64,000 nt of DNA, taken from positions 1,282,210 to 1,346,209 of the forward strand of contig NZ_CP060704.1 in assembly GCF_014353015.1 (NCBI RefSeq), written 5' to 3'. Below are positions 33,218-42,600 of this stretch, one piece after another; positions within the stretch are counted from its first letter, which is position 1; each line of letters opens with the position of its first letter. The notes under the pieces were generated by a model. That model did no database searches and was not told the DNA's origin. It was given only the letters and a program-made list of their open reading frames with translations. Origin of the DNA: Chitinimonas koreensis. Its GTDB lineage: Bacteria; Pseudomonadota; Gammaproteobacteria; Burkholderiales; Chitinimonadaceae. The position numbers and the translations under genes were made by a program.

Positions 33218-34800
33218 ATGAAGAAGAACGTCGTATTCGGATTCGTCGGCACCGTGCTGGACTACGTCGGCCGCGGCAGGGATCGCTGGAAGAAATGGCG
33301 GCCGACCATCGGCCTGTGCCAGCAGGAGGATTTGCTGGTCGACCGGCTGGAGCTGCTGCACGACAGCCGGAGCCGCAGCCTGTACGAGCGGCTCAAGGCC
33401 GATATCGCCGCGGTGTCGCCGGAGACCGAGGTGGTGAGCGTCGAAGTCGATCTGCGCGACCCGTGGGATTTCGAGGAGGTCTACGGCCTGCTGCACGACC
33501 TGGCGCGCGGCTACGACTTCGATACCGAGGCCGAGAACTACCTGGTCCACATCACCACCGGCACCCACGTGGCGCAGATCTGCTGGTTCCTGCTGGCCGA
33601 GGCGCGCTACCTGCCGGCCAGGCTGGTGCAGACCTCGCCGCCGCGCAACAAGGAGCAGGGCGACAGCGCCGGCAGCCATGCGGTGATCGATCTCGACCTG
33701 TCGCGCTATGACCGGATCGCGACCCGCTTCGCCCGCGAGCAGGCCGAGACGGTGTCCTTCCTGAAGTCCGGCATCGCCACCCGCAATGCCGGCTTCAACC
33801 GCATGATCGAGCAGATCGAGCGGGTGGCGGTGCGCTCGAAGGCGCCGATGCTGTTCTGCGGTCCGACCGGGGCAGGCAAGTCCTTCCTGGCGCGGCGGGT
33901 ATACGAGATGAAGAAGGTCCGGCACCGGTTGGCCGGCCGCTTCGTCGAGGTCAATTGCGCCACTTTGCGCGGGGACAGCGCCATGTCGGCCCTGTTCGGC
34001 CATGTGAAAGGCGCCTTCACCGGCGCCCAGTCCGAGCGTGCCGGCCTGCTGCGCAGCGCCGACGGCGGCCTGCTGTTCCTGGACGAGATCGGCGAACTGG
34101 GCCTGGACGAGCAGGCCATGCTGCTCAAGGCCATCGAGGAGAAGCGTTTCTTCCCCTCGGCGGCGACCGCGAGGTGGGCAGCGATTTCCAGCTGATCGCC
34201 GGCACGGTGCGCGATCTCAGGCAGTGGGTGGCCGAGGGCCGGTTCCGCGAGGATCTGTACGCCCGGATCAACCTGTGGACCTATGAATTGCCCGGCCTGG
34301 CCGATCGCGCCGAGGACATCGAGCCCAACCTGGAGTTCGAGCTGGCGCGCTTTGCCGGCGAGCACGGCGAGCAGGTGCGGTTCAATGCCGAGGCCAAGCG
34401 CGCCTACCTGAAGTTCGCCGGATCGGCCGAGGCCAGGTGGTCGGGCAATTTCCGCGAGCTGTCCGCCTCGGTCACCCGCATGGCCACCCTGGCCGAGGCG
34501 GGGCGCATCACCGAGACCTGCGTGCAGGAGGAGATCGGACGCCTGCGCCACGCCTGGGGCGGCGCCGAGCGGAGCGCGCTGGAGAGCGTGCTGGGCGAAC
34601 GGCTGCAGGCGCTCGACCTGTTCGACCGGCTGCAGCTGGAAAGCGTGGTCGACGTCTGCCGCCGGTCGAGCTCGCTGTCGGATGCCGGCCGGCGCCTGTT
34701 CGGCATATCGCGGCAGGAGAAGGCCAAGGCCAACGATGCGGACCGGTTGCGCAAATACCTGGCCCGCTTCGATCTGAGCTGGGCGGCCGTGCGCGGGTAG
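33218..34800 (+). CDS. rtcR: Sigma-54-dependent transcriptional regulator RtcR (CARF + AAA+ + HTH), with a frameshift near 34160
   Basis: N-terminal CARF-like domain, Walker A GPTGAGKS, GAFTGA motif. C-terminal HTH in the 33955..34800 frame. Confidence 0.85.
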
Positions 34801-34830
34801 CGGGCCGGCCTGGATGCGCGCCGGCGGCGG

Positions 34831-35220
34831 TCAGAACCAGTAGTCGGCCACGCACTTGCCGTCGCGCGGCAGATCGTCGAAGGTGTCCAGGCCGTCGAAG
34901 TGATCGATCGGGATCTGCGCCACGGCGCCGGGCTCGGCCAGGCGCAGGTTGACGGCGATCCGGCGGCGGCCGTCCTGGCTAGGCCGTTGCGATCGCCAGA
35001 AGGCGACGCAGCCGCAGGTCGGGCAGAAGTGGAACTCGATGGCCTTGCCGCGGATGTAGGTGCGGGTTTCGCCCGAGACCCGGATGCCCTCGTCCTGGTA
35101 GTCGTAGGCCCAGAGCACGCCGTAGCGCCGGCAGACCGTGCAGTTGCAGGCCGTGGCGCCATCGGGCAGGCCGTCGAACTGCCATCGAACCGCGCCGCAG
35201 TGGCAAGTACCTTCGATCAT
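34831..35220 (-). CDS. GFA family (glutathione-dependent formaldehyde-activating / CENP-V-like) zinc protein
   Basis: CHCGAV...CNCTVC...CPTCGC Cys motifs; 129 aa. Confidence 0.7.
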   Translation of the reverse strand: MIEGTCHCGAVRWQFDGLPDGATACNCTVCRRYGVLWAYDYQDEGIRVSGETRTYIRGKAIEFHFCPTCGCVAFWRSQRPSQDGRRRIAVNLRLAEPGAVAQIPIDHFDGLDTFDDLPRDGKCVADYWF

Positions 35221-35316
35221 CGCCGTGTCGCTCCTTCCGTGCCGGCCGCTGCCCGGCGTGAATTCGATCGCGCCTGCCCGGTCGGATCGGCGAGGCGCGC
35301 GCTCGAACCATTCTAG

Positions 35317-35922
35317 TTGCCGCATTTGAAAGAGAGACTCGCGATGACCGCTACGCCATGCCGCACGATCTGCTGGTCGCCCATCTGGAACCGGGATCGT
35401 GAAGGGATCGGGCTGGAGCATCTGGTGCTGGCCGATCGCATCGCCGACGGCGTCGTCCTGGCGATCGACGACGACGGCACGGCCTTCCGGCTCGCCTATC
35501 ACCTCGCCTGGGACGAGTCGTGGCGGCTGCGGGAGGCCGATCTCGCGGTGTTCGCCGCCGGATCCCGCCGCACGCTCGGCCTGCGGGCGGACGGCGAGGG
35601 CTGCTGGCGGCAGGCCGACGGCCGGCACCTGCCCGGGCTCGACGGCTGCATCGATATCGACATCTGGCCCACGCCGTTCACCAACAGCTTTCCGATCTGG
35701 CGTTCGGCGCTGGCCATCGGCCAGCGGCGGGAATTCCGCATGGCCTGGATCTCGGCGCCGGCGCTGACCGTGGCGGCGAGACCGCAGGCGTATACGCGGC
35801 TGGCAGAACGCCGCTACCTGTTCGAAAGCCTGGACGGCGATGGCTTCCGGGCCGAGTTGCCGGTGGACGAGGCAGGCGTGGTGCTGGACTACCCGGGCCT
35901 GTTCCGGCGGGTGGAGGTCTGA
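35317..35922 (+). CDS. Hypothetical protein (putative glycolipid-binding family)
   Basis: ~190-200 aa: RTICWSPIWNRDREGIGLEHLVLAD...; no catalytic motifs recognised. Confidence 0.35.
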   Translation: MPHLKERLAMTATPCRTICWSPIWNRDREGIGLEHLVLADRIADGVVLAIDDDGTAFRLAYHLAWDESWRLREADLAVFAAGSRRTLGLRADGEGCWRQADGRHLPGLDGCIDIDIWPTPFTNSFPIWRSALAIGQRREFRMAWISAPALTVAARPQAYTRLAERRYLFESLDGDGFRAELPVDEAGVVLDYPGLFRRVEV

Positions 35923-35946
35923 TGCGGGAACGCGCTCGGGCCGGCC

Positions 35947-36024
35947 TTGCGGCGGGCCTGGACGTTCTGCCCGATCTGGCGGCGGGCGCCGGAATCCGAC
36001 CGATGTGGACGGGTTTGCGATCCG
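35947..36024. repeat. Degenerate duplicate of the tRNA-Cys 3' half plus 32 bp downstream flank (att-like direct repeat)
   Basis: About 85% identical to 42091-42171 (..GATCTGGCGGCGGGCGCCGGAATCCGACCGATGTGGACGGGTTTGCGATCCGC). Confidence 0.7.
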
Positions 36025-36079
36025 CGGCACGGAAGGGGACGATCCGTCGCCGCCGATCGCCGTCCGGCTGGTCGCGGCT

Positions 36080-37071
36080 TCAGCGCATCGTCAGCACGGC
36101 GGCGCCGTTGAAACGGCCGGCGCGGAGGTCGTCGAGCGCCTGGTTGGCGTCGTCCAGCGCGTAGGGCGTCGCCTGGATGCGCAGCGGCAGTTCGGCGGCG
36201 AGCGCCATGAATTCCAGGCCGTCGGCCCGGGTCAGGTTGGTCACCGAGCGCAGCACCCGTTCGCCCAGAGCAGGGCGTAGGGGAACTGCGGGATGTCGCT
36301 CATGTGGATGCCCGCGCAGACCACGGTGCCGCCTTTGCGCACGCGGGACAGCGCCAGCGGCACCAGCTCGCCTGCCGGGGCGAACAGGATCGCCGCGTCG
36401 AGGCGCTGCGGCGGCGCGGCCGTGCTGTCGCCCGCCCAGCTCGCGCCGAGCTCCCGCGCGAAGCGCTGCGCGGCGAGATCGCCCGGCCGGGTGAAGGCGT
36501 GGACCTCGATGCCCCGGTGGCGCGCGACCTGGGCAACGATGTGCGCCGCGGCGCCGAAGCCGTACAGGCCGAGGCGCCGCGCGGCCGCGACCAGGCGGAA
36601 GGCGCGGTAGCCGATCAGCCCGGCGCAGAGCAGCGGCGCCGCCTCGATGTCGCTGTATGCGGCGGGCAGGTGGAAGCAGAAGGCGGCATCCGCCACGACC
36701 CGGTCGGCGAATCCGCCTTGCAGGGTGTAGCCGTGGAAGCGCGCCTCGGCGCACAGGTTCTCCTGCCCGGCGCGGCAGTATTCGCACTGGCCGCAGACCT
36801 GGCCGAGCCAGGGCACGCCGACGCGATCCCCCGGGCGGAAGCCCGCCACCCCGTCGCCGATCGATTCGACCACGCCGACGATCTCGTGGCCCGGCACGAC
36901 CGGCAGCGCGAGGCCGGGCAGTTCCCCGTCCACCACGTGCAGGTCGGTGCGGCACACGCCGCAGGCGTGGATCCGGATGGACAGCTGTCCGGCGGCCGGC
37001 GCCGGCGTCTCGATCTCCCGGCCGGCGAGCGGAGCGCCGACGGCGACGCAGCACATGGCTCTGCTTTTCAA
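36080..37071 (-). CDS. Zinc-dependent alcohol dehydrogenase, with a frameshift near 36250
   Basis: GVCRTDLHVVDGE, GHEIVGVV, CGQCEYC structural-Zn motif. C-terminus in the 36080 frame. Confidence 0.8.
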
Positions 37072-37141
37072 GGTCTTTCTCCGTGCCTGGAGGCGGCGGC
37101 CGGTCCGGTCTGGAACGCTTTGTCCATGACCGCTCCAGCGC

Positions 37142-37384
37142 TCAGGCCGTCAGCCGCAGCGCCAGCCAGGGCACCAGGTTGAACAGCAGGATGGCGAGCT
37201 TGTAGCCGGCCATCGCGCCGTAGTGGATGGCATCGAAGCGCACCGCCGGCAGGGCGAACCAGCGGCCGTGCAGGCGCCGCAGCCGGTCGTGGCCGAGCGC
37301 GAACACGGCGAACCAGCACAGCAGCACGCCGTAGTTGAGCAGGGTGCAGGCCAGCAGCCAGGCCTCGAGATCGTGACGGTCCAT
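37142..37384 (-). CDS. Small hypothetical membrane protein (80 aa, 2 TM)
   Basis: Hydrophobic segments LLACTLLNYGVLLCWFAVFAL and LAILLFNLVPWLAL. Confidence 0.35.
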   Translation of the reverse strand: MDRHDLEAWLLACTLLNYGVLLCWFAVFALGHDRLRRLHGRWFALPAVRFDAIHYGAMAGYKLAILLFNLVPWLALRLTA

Positions 37385-37394
37385 GTCCGGCTCC

Positions 37395-38222
37395 TCAGTG
37401 CGACATCAGCACCGGCATCTTCATCGTCGCCAGCACGGTGCGGCTGACGCCGCCCAGCATCCGTTCGCGCAGGCGGCCGTGGCCGTACAGCCCCATCACC
37501 AGCAGGTCGGCCAGTTGCTCGGTCGCCAGCGACAGCAGCATTTCGCCGGTGTCTCGCCCCGGCCCGGCCACGCGCTTGATGATCGGGTGGATGCCGCGGC
37601 GGGAGAGGAAGTCGGCCGCATCGTCGCCGGGCGCCATGTCCGCCGTCCACTCGCTGCGGTCGGGATCGATGCACAGCAGCGTGACGCGCGGCGACTCGCG
37701 CAACAGCGGCAGGGCGTCGGTCATCGCGCGCACCGCCTCGCGGCTGCCGTCCCAGGCCACCAGCGCATGCGTCAGCTGTTCGGGCCAGTCTCCGCCGCAG
37801 GGCAGCACCAGCGCCGGGCGGCCGCAGCGCAGCACGGTCGATTCGACAAAATCGGCCGGCAGGGCGGGCCTGGGTCCGTCGCCGTCGTGTTGGCCCAGTA
37901 TCAGCAGATCGTGCCGGCGCGCTTCGCGGCAAGCGGCTGCGACCGGATCGCCGTCCACCTGCCGCCAGTCGGCCTCCTTGCCGACGTGCTGCTCGAACAC
38001 CGTGCGGACCAGGCCGGCGCGGCGTTCGGCCTCCGCGGCCAGGCGGGACTGCAGTTCGCCGACCGGGTGGGGGCCGAGCGCGGGCGAAGGCGTCGTTACG
38101 GCCAGGAACAGCCCGGTCAGGCGGGCATGCCTGTAGCGTTCGGCCAGCCGGGCCGCGTAGCGGACCCGTTCAGCCGCATCCGCGCCGTCGGGCACATGGA
38201 CCAGGATGCTGCGGTAGGACAT
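37395..38222 (-). CDS. Tandem-domain universal stress protein (UspA family)
   Basis: Two Usp domains (ILVHVPDG...; LVAWDGSREAVRAM...GHGRLRERMLGGVSRTVL). Confidence 0.8.
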   Translation of the reverse strand: MSYRSILVHVPDGADAAERVRYAARLAERYRHARLTGLFLAVTTPSPALGPHPVGELQSRLAAEAERRAGLVRTVFEQHVGKEADWRQVDGDPVAAACREARRHDLLILGQHDGDGPRPALPADFVESTVLRCGRPALVLPCGGDWPEQLTHALVAWDGSREAVRAMTDALPLLRESPRVTLLCIDPDRSEWTADMAPGDDAADFLSRRGIHPIIKRVAGPGRDTGEMLLSLATEQLADLLVMGLYGHGRLRERMLGGVSRTVLATMKMPVLMSH

Positions 38223-38367
38223 GGTGGGGTTCTCCTCTTCGACGCCGCCTGCGTGGTGGCTGACCGGATATGTACCCCCGCCGACGCGGCGGCGACTTGA
38301 CCGCAATCAACAGCCTGCGCGGAACGCTGGAGGCGCGACGCCGCGCAAGGACGGCGAGACGGCGAAG

Positions 38368-39207
38368 CTAGGCCGCCAGCCGGATCGGCACGATCGAGCG
38401 GACGATGCCCATCCGGTCGGCCGAGGCCCGCCGCGCATGCGGCGGCGCATTGCCGGCGCCTGCGCTCAGCCCTGCCCGGTCGAGCAGGCGGACGTGCTTG
38501 TTCTGCACGCCGATCCAGCCCATCTCCTGGAACTTGGAAAAGGCGCGGCTCACGGTTTCCAGCTTCAGGCCGAGGTAGCTGCCGATCTCTTCGCGCGTCA
38601 TGCGCAGGTGGAACTCGGCCGGCGAATAGCCGCGTTCGGCCAGCCGGTGCGACAGGTCAAGCAGGAAGGCCGCCACGCGTTCCTCGGCACGCATGTTGCC
38701 CAGCAGCAGCGAGACGCCATAGCTGCGTGCGATCTCGCTGCTCATCGCGCCCAGCAGCCGCTGCTGCAGGCCGGGCAGCTCGCGGCAGGCCTGCTGCAGC
38801 CTGGCGAAGGGCAGGGCGCAGACCTGGCTGTCCTCCAGCGCGATGGCGGTGGTGCCGTGCCAGCCGGTCTGGATCGCGTCCAGGCCGATCAGGTCGCCGG
38901 CCATGTAGAAGGCGGTGACCTGCTCGCGACCGTCCTCGCTCACGATGCAGGTCTTGAAGCAGCCGCTGCGGATGGCGTACAGCTCCTTGAACGCATCGCC
39001 GGCCAGGCAGAGCGTCTTGCCGCGGCGGATCGTCAGGCTGCTCGACATCAGCGCGCCGGACACCTCCCGCGACCCGCCGGCCAGGCAGCCGTCGTGCCGC
39101 CGGCAGTCGGAGCAGGGGTGCCGGCCTCCGCCGCAGTCCGTCGCCGGGCCGAGCCGGCCCGGGCCCTGGGTCATGCCGATTTCACCTGTCGTTTCCATGG
39201 CGTACAT
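38368..39207 (-). CDS. fnr: CRP/FNR-family regulator with N-terminal Cys cluster (FNR/ANR-like oxygen sensor)
   Basis: Cys cluster CGGGRHPCSDCRRHDGC. cNMP-binding fold, then HTH EIGSYLGLKLETVSRAFSKF. Confidence 0.75.
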   Translation of the reverse strand: MYAMETTGEIGMTQGPGRLGPATDCGGGRHPCSDCRRHDGCLAGGSREVSGALMSSSLTIRRGKTLCLAGDAFKELYAIRSGCFKTCIVSEDGREQVTAFYMAGDLIGLDAIQTGWHGTTAIALEDSQVCALPFARLQQACRELPGLQQRLLGAMSSEIARSYGVSLLLGNMRAEERVAAFLLDLSHRLAERGYSPAEFHLRMTREEIGSYLGLKLETVSRAFSKFQEMGWIGVQNKHVRLLDRAGLSAGAGNAPPHARRASADRMGIVRSIVPIRLAA

Positions 39208-39237
39208 CTCCTCCGGTCGTCGGTGCTGCGCTGCGCA

Positions 39238-39633
39238 TCAGATTCCGGGCCTGCCGCCGCCGATCATGCGGACGACGTCCCGGATGCGTTGGAATTCGCT
39301 GCTCTTGTCGAAGAAGTACTGCGCTCCGGCCGCCAGACAGGCATCGCGATAGCGCTTGTCGGCATGGTTGGTCAGCACTGCGAACACGCTGGCGGGCACC
39401 TGCGCCTGCACGGCGCGCAATACCGTCAGGCCGTTGCCGCCGCGCAGCTGCAGGTCGAGCACCACGCAATCGGGCCGTTCGCGCAGGATGCCGACGATGG
39501 CGTCCTCCACCGTGGCCGCCTGGCCGACCAGCTCGACGCCGGACAGCGGGCCGAGCAGTTCCACCAGCCGGACGCGGATGGCGGTGGAGTCGTCGGCCAG
39601 GAAGACCCGGACCGGTTTCGTTGCGATTTCCAT
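39238..39633 (-). CDS. Single-domain response regulator (CheY-like receiver)
   Basis: VRVFLADDSTAIRVRL...VVLDLQLRGGNG receiver motifs; 131 aa. Confidence 0.8.
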   Translation of the reverse strand: MEIATKPVRVFLADDSTAIRVRLVELLGPLSGVELVGQAATVEDAIVGILRERPDCVVLDLQLRGGNGLTVLRAVQAQVPASVFAVLTNHADKRYRDACLAAGAQYFFDKSSEFQRIRDVVRMIGGGRPGI

Positions 39634-39763
39634 GGCAGCCAGTATGGGCGGCGGCCATGGGCCGGCCTATCGGCCCCGGCTGAAGCGGGTGGTCGGCGGA
39701 ATCCGCTATGCGGGGTAGGCGGAAAGGGGAGGCGTGTAGGCGGCCGCCTACACGGGCGGAGGG

Positions 39764-40414
39764 CTAGAGCGGCTTGCCGGCTTCGTCGATCAGCCGCTGG
39801 GCGATGGCGTAGCGCACCAGCTCGGCCGGATTGCTCATGCCCATCTTCTGCAGCAGGCGGGCCTTGTGGGTGCTGACCGTCTTGACCGACAGATGCAGCC
39901 GCTCGGCGATGTCGGTGACGGCCACGCCGGCCACCAGCAGCTGGAAGACTTCGTATTCGCGGTCGGACAGGGTGGTGTGCGGCAGGCCGTGAGCCTGCGG
40001 CATGGCGTCGAGCGCGAGCTGCTCGGCCACCTCGGCGCTGATGTAGGCGCCGCCGCCGGCCACCTTGCGGATGGCCGACACCAACTGGGCCGAGGCGCTG
40101 TCCTTGGTGAGATAGCCCGAGGCGCCGGCGCGGATGGCGCGGATGGCGTACTGGCGCTCCTCGTGCATGCTCAGCACCAGGATCCGCAGCCGCGGCTTCT
40201 CGCCCTTGATCTGCTTGATCAGTTCGATCCCGCTGCGGCCCGGCATCGACATGTCGAGCAGCAGCAGCTCGAACTCCTGCTCGCGCACGCGTTGCAGGGC
40301 CTGGTGGCCGTCCTGCGCCTCGCCCACCACGGCCAGGTCGGGCGCCGCCTGCAACAGCTGCTTGAGTCCTTCGCGGACCAGCGTGTGGTCGTCGGCCAGC
40401 ACGATGCGGATCAT
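39764..40414 (-). CDS. NarL/FixJ-family response regulator (receiver + LuxR HTH)
   Basis: MIRIVLADDHTLVREGL..LLLDMSMPGRSGIELI; C-terminal LSDREYEVFQLLVAGVAVTDIAERLHLSVKTVSTHK. Confidence 0.9.
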   Translation of the reverse strand: MIRIVLADDHTLVREGLKQLLQAAPDLAVVGEAQDGHQALQRVREQEFELLLLDMSMPGRSGIELIKQIKGEKPRLRILVLSMHEERQYAIRAIRAGASGYLTKDSASAQLVSAIRKVAGGGAYISAEVAEQLALDAMPQAHGLPHTTLSDREYEVFQLLVAGVAVTDIAERLHLSVKTVSTHKARLLQKMGMSNPAELVRYAIAQRLIDEAGKPL

Positions 40415-41726
40415 GTCGTCTCCTGTTCGGGGGCAGCGGCAGGCGCACCTCCACGCGGGTGCCGCCGCCGGGCCGGCTGTCGATCGTCGCCTCGCCGCCG
40501 AGCAGGAAGGCCCGCTCGCGCAGGCCGAGCAGGCCTAAGGAGCCCGGCCGCCGCGCCGCGTCGGGCACGAAGCCGCGACCGTCGTCGAGCACCCGGATCC
40601 GCACTTCGCCGGCGGCCTGGTCGAGGTCGATCTCGGCCCGGCTGGCTTCGGCGTGGCGCGCCACATTGGTCAGCGCCTCCTGGACGATGCGGAAGATGGC
40701 CGTCGCCATCGGGTCCCGCCAGGCCAGCGCGGGATTGCCGACCCGGAATACGCAGGGGATGCCGGTGCGTTCGCTGAAGTTGTCGGCCAGCCATTCGATG
40801 CCGGCGACCACGCCCAGGTCGTCGAGGATCAGGGGCCGCAGCTCGGTGGCCAGGCGGCGGGTGGCCTTCACGGTATCGTCGAGCAGCGCCTCCATGCCGG
40901 CCAGCTTGCCCTGCACCGCCGCTTCGGCCGGCAGGCGCTCTCTGAGCCAGCCGACGTCCATCTTGAGCGCGGTCAGCGCCTGGCCCAGCTCGTCGTGCAG
41001 CTCGCGCGCGATGCGGCTCTGTTCCTGCTCGCGCATGGTATGGGCCGCCGCCGCCATCGCCTGCACCTCCTCCTTGGAGTGGCGCAGCGCCTCCTCGGTG
41101 CGGACCCGCTCGGTGACGTCGCGCAGGATCACGGTGTAGAAGCGTGCGCCGTGCTCCTCGACCTGGGAGATCGAGGCGTCGATCGGGAATTCCTCGCCGT
41201 TGCGGCGCAGCCCGGTGATGATGCGGGCCGCGCCCATCCGGCGCGAGCTGACGCCGGTGGCGCCGAACTGGCGGATGTGCTCCCGGTGAACGGCGCGATA
41301 GCGGTCGGGCAGGAACCAGTCGAGCGGCGCGCCGATCGCGCTGTCGCGCGGGCAGCCGAACATCGCTTCGGCGGCGGCGTTGAACAGCACCACGCGCTGC
41401 GATTGGTCGATGGTGATGATGGCATCCATGGCCGATTCGACGATGCCGCCGATGCGCGCCTCGACATCGCGCAAGGCCGCGTGGGCCGCGCGGTCGGCGA
41501 CGGTCTGTCGATGCAGCCACCACAGGTCCAGGGCGGCCAGCGCCAGGCCCAGCAGGGCGGCGAGCGCGAGCGGTAGGGGAGAGGGCCAGCGCAGCAGGCC
41601 CGCGATCAGTACGGCTGCGATCAGCAGCAGGCCGGCCAGCTGCATGTGCACGAACCGGCCGGCCGGACCGGTTCGTCGTGCAGCCGACCGCTCGAATGGC
41701 GACGTACGCACGGCGTCCTCCTTCAT
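40411..41726 (-). CDS. PAS-domain sensor histidine kinase (HisKA_3/HATPase, NarX/DevS class). C-terminus needs a 1-nt correction in a C5 run near 40437
   Basis: TM helices, PAS (IITIDQSQRVVLFNAAAEAMFG), H-box ELHDELGQALTAL and HATPase. Stop and start overlap with the regulator. Confidence 0.8.
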
Positions 41727-42122
41727 GACACGCGCCGTCGGCGCGCACCGAATTGAAATGGTTGGCCGAATCTAAGCCGGTTTCGCCACGCCGCTCAAGC
41801 TGCGTCGACTGCGGCCTCGGGCGTTGTCTTTTTTCGGTGCAGCGCCGGCGGCCCGGACTGGTCCTGGAGCCAGGCGGCACAAGGGCTTGGCCGTCTTTCG
41901 CCCGGCCCGGTCCGGTGAGCGTACGCCAGCGGCTTTGCAGCCCCGAGGCCGGTGCACCCGCTTTTTGGCAACCTTCCCGCTCGCCTTTCCGGTTTGGAAG
42001 ATGGCGCAGGCGCTGGCCTGTCGACGGACGTCTTGTCCGTCAAGCGAGTGGCGTGGGGTGGTTTCAGGCGGCTAAAAGCATTCAGGCCCACCTGGCGGCG
42101 GGCCTGAGCGTTCTGCTTGATC

Positions 42123-42196
42123 TGGAGGCGGGTACCGGAATCGAACCGATGTGGACGGATTTGCAATCCGCTGCATAACCACTTTGCTAACCCGCC
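42123..42196 (-). tRNA. tRNA-Cys (anticodon GCA)
   Basis: Reverse complement GGCGGGTTAGCAAAGTGGTTATGCAGCGGATTGCAAATCCGTCCACATCGGTTCGATTCCGGTACCCGCCTCCA. Confidence 0.9.
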
Positions 42197-42262
42197 ATCG
42201 ACACCCGGGCGGGCGCCGAGACGAAAAAGGGAAAGTAGACACTTTCCCTTTTTTCTAGAAGC

Positions 42263-42338
42263 TGGAGCGGGAGAAGAGTCTCGAACTCTCGACCTCAACC
42301 TTGGCAAGGTTGCGCTCTACCAACTGAGCTACTCCCGC
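42263..42338 (-). tRNA. tRNA-Gly (anticodon GCC), copy 1
   Basis: Reverse complement GCGGGAGTAGCTCAGTTGGTAGAGCGCAACCTTGCCAAGGTTGAGGTCGAGAGTTCGAGACTCTTCTCCCGCTCCA. Confidence 0.9.
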
Positions 42339-42364
42339 ATGGCAATCACACATTCGAAGCAGTT

Positions 42365-42440
42365 TGGAGCGGGAGAAGAGTCTCGAACTCTCGACCTCAA
42401 CCTTGGCAAGGTTGCGCTCTACCAACTGAGCTACTCCCGC
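42365..42440 (-). tRNA. tRNA-Gly (anticodon GCC), copy 2
   Basis: Identical to copy 1. Confidence 0.9.
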
Positions 42441-42600
42441 TTCGCTTTCGCTTGTGTGTTGCGAAGAGCCGCCATTATAGGGAGGCGAAAAATCGTGTCA
42501 AGCATCGAGCAGCGTTTATTTGCATTCTTCTGCATCAATCATACTAAGTCATTGTTCTGAAATGCGGCCGCTTCCGGCAGCGATTCGCTCCGCCGCCGCC

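Noticed and set aside
39426-41726. 766-aa ORF extending the histidine kinase through both response-regulator genes
   Set aside because: The kinase ends at 40411 once a C5 homopolymer is corrected. The remainder is an out-of-frame overlap with the two regulator genes, which are intact in their own frames.
35947-42196. Integrase, transposase or phage genes in the tRNA-Cys island
   Set aside because: None of the ORFs in 36025-42090 shows integrase/recombinase motifs. The island call rests only on the direct repeat and the gene content.
42263-42440. Duplicated tRNA-Gly as evidence of a mobile element
   Set aside because: Tandem identical tRNA-Gly(GCC) copies are normal in glyW-type operons. No att-like flank duplication is associated with them.
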